Positions 61,906 through 64,000 of a stretch of DNA of 64,000 bases are shown in pieces (the first letter of the stretch is position 1; each line of letters opens with the position of its first letter). The position numbers and the translations under genes were made by a program. The stretch spans positions 434,001-498,000 of the forward strand of contig JALDZX010000006.1 of NCBI GenBank assembly GCA_022813865.1, in the 5' to 3' direction. Under the pieces are notes generated by a model, which made no database searches, was not told the origin of the DNA, and worked only from the letters and a program-made list of their open reading frames with translations. Origin of the DNA: Xylographa opegraphella. Lineage: Eukaryota.

Positions 61906-62667
61906 TCATGGCTTCACCAAGCCGGCCACGAATTGAGCTGCAGGACTAGCGTCAATAGAATAGGACAGATGTGCAGGATCCACGATAATGGTGTCATAGC
62001 AGATGAGATCCGTGCTGAAGCAAAAGGTCTTCACGATATTCTCGTTGATGTTGGGGAACGGTCGACCGTCGAATGGGTCGCCGAAGAGAACCACCGCCTT
62101 CACTCGGGATGCTACCGCTGCGGAAATCATGCCTACTCCGTTGTGGACGAGTTGCGCTCCTTGACTGTCAGATCAATTAGTTGTCGTCTGCAGGATTTGT
62201 GTTCAAAGATCATACCTGTAACCGGATAGAACGATTTGAGTTTGGGGGCATTGTGCCGCAGCCTGCTCTGTCAATTGAGCAAATGTGGCAGATCCAGCAG
62301 GATCCCCTTGCTCAAGGTAGCCCAGAATCGAAGCTCTGTCGACAGCTTAGCGTGCACCCCAGTTTCAGAAAGGGGGTTCAGCATACCCATAAGGGACGCC
62401 TTGCACGCCCAGATTTCCAGCACCTAGTTTGGCCGAAAGGATATCAAAGAACGGAGGACCAGCCAGCAGTCCAATATTTCCGGGCTCGAGGGTACCCCGT
62501 GCAAAGATAATCGTGACTGCAGCACAATTTGCAAGCTCATTGGATGTATCACCGTAAAGCTCCCGCTTTTCGACCGTTCTTGTAAGAACTGGGCTTGTAT
62601 CGATAGGAAGTCCTGAGACCGTGCTTAAGCAATACAAGAGTATTGAGGCCACCGTGGTATATTTCAT
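61906..62667 (-). CDS. Secreted cutinase (CE5), 3 exons
   Basis: Signal peptide, CAAVTIIFARGTLEPGNIG, CPQTQIVLSGYS|QGAQLVH (GYSQG), AVVLFGDP and C...DLIC...AHLSY. Confidence 0.94.
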
Positions 62668-64000
62668 AATGAAAGCAATAGAATTCTCTTGACTTAATAA
62701 CAGATAGCTTTATGAATAGATACACAATGTAGATCCACAGTGTAAATCAATATATGACTCAAGAATGTGAATTCGGTTGAACCTGGAGCTGGCCAAGGCT
62801 CCAACAGATTCCGGCATGACGTTTATATACATTATGTTGCCTTCATTCACAGAAGCATGAAGAGTCGGAGGCTCGAGTTACCCCGCAATTATTCTTCAGG
62901 AGTGATCTACCTTAAGGTATTGAGTTGCTGCTATGCATGCACGCACGGAGGTCTTCAATTTAACTAACCCCCGTACATCACCTGTTCCTTGAGACATGAA
63001 CTTGCAGTTGGTGGATTCAAATGCTAGGCGTGAGTGCCAGACGGACAAGGCGCGAATCGGTGATATAGACTTCTTTAGGTCGAGTGGCCGGAATTCTTTC
63101 TATGTTTAGACTAGGATGACTTTGGGACTTGATCTGGGCACGTTTCAACCCTGGTCAACAGGCTTACCATTGGGAATCATGCTTTTTTATCCACCAACCT
63201 GAAGGACGACACTGTCCTTCTTCGACGTGGCCTTTGCTTGACAACTAATTCAATGAAACCAAATCAGTTCTTTTTTTTCGTTCACTCTTCCTAAGCCTCA
63301 AGTTCCGATGGTGAAGTGATGAGCATCCGCTCTGGACCAACTTGAGCAGCTTGACTTAGCAGCGAGCGTGTGGTAGCTGTGGAATAAACGTCCTGATGGC
63401 GCAAACGTTGGCCGCTCTGTGGTGCCATAACTTCCGGACAGCTAGCTGTCTAGGATAGGGCAATTCCATAGCTCGACCGGTCAATAGATCCTGAGATCAA
63501 GGATTCTTGCGTAATACCGAGGCACGTATCTGCAAGTCACAGCATCGAGCCTTGCCATTGGACTGATGGCAGAGCCGTTCTCCCGTTCTCCAAGTGACCA
63601 TGCTCTGGTGGGCGGCAAAGCAGATGAGGAGTTGTTTGAGCGTGTCGGAGCAAGGACCAGTCGGGACTCGGGAATGCGGGGTGCGGCTCGTTTGGGCCTT
63701 GGCGGACACATTCATGTCTTCTACAGCCCCTTTCGAAATTGTGCTTCGATGGCGCCGAGACAAACACGAATGAATACGCCGGTGGCATTCGACCATCGTT
63801 GACAAATCTTGCCATCCACTGGTGTGCATCCGGATAATGCTCCGTTGTCAACCTCGAGCCCCTTTCCACTTCGAATGCATGTGCCAGTACAGTTCATGCC
63901 ATAGTATCGCCTATGCGTCTGCATAAAACCTGAGTGGCCGACCGTCGTGGACTCGCTCCTCCTATAGTGGCTTTTGACAGGATACCTCCAGCCGTGCTAG

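Noticed and set aside
1..64000. CRISPR arrays, rRNA, intact transposons
   Set aside because: No repeat-spacer arrays, rRNA motifs, or transposase/RT/integrase motifs were seen.

Overview
Gene-dense eukaryotic DNA from a filamentous ascomycete (Pezizomycotina), judged from short GT-AG introns with CTRAC branch sites and the gene content. The species cannot be determined from this window. About 26 protein genes can be supported: MFS transporter, CFEM GPI protein, GAP1-like permease, HAD phosphatase (spanning two N gaps), M20 peptidase, SAM+HMG-box factor, a 70-aa three-exon microprotein missed by the ORF track, MRI1, ARC40, U2B''/U1A, ATG10, HSP30, BEM3-like RhoGAP, BUD23, SVP26, IDH1, PRE10, RIB4, a PAP2 phosphatase, cutinase and several hypotheticals. 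There is also a dipeptidyl-peptidase V pseudogene with multiple lesions. Most notable: (1) a Kex2/Ste13-processed repeat-peptide precursor (alpha-pheromone-like, core FCYRIGEPC, plus one divergent CDAPGQPC unit) with a cluster of CTTATTG(A) MAT1-1-1-like motifs upstream; (2) a ~250-380 nt intergenic rod-like fold-back between the PAP2 and cutinase genes that holds a telomere-template-like AACCCTAACC directly behind a hairpin; (3) a 72-bp tandem duplication of the permease C-terminus and stop codon; (4) a recurrent C-rich-to-G-rich switch along several genes. No tRNA, rRNA, CRISPR or intact transposon was recognised. Exon boundaries were read by eye and gene identities come from motif recognition, not database searches.
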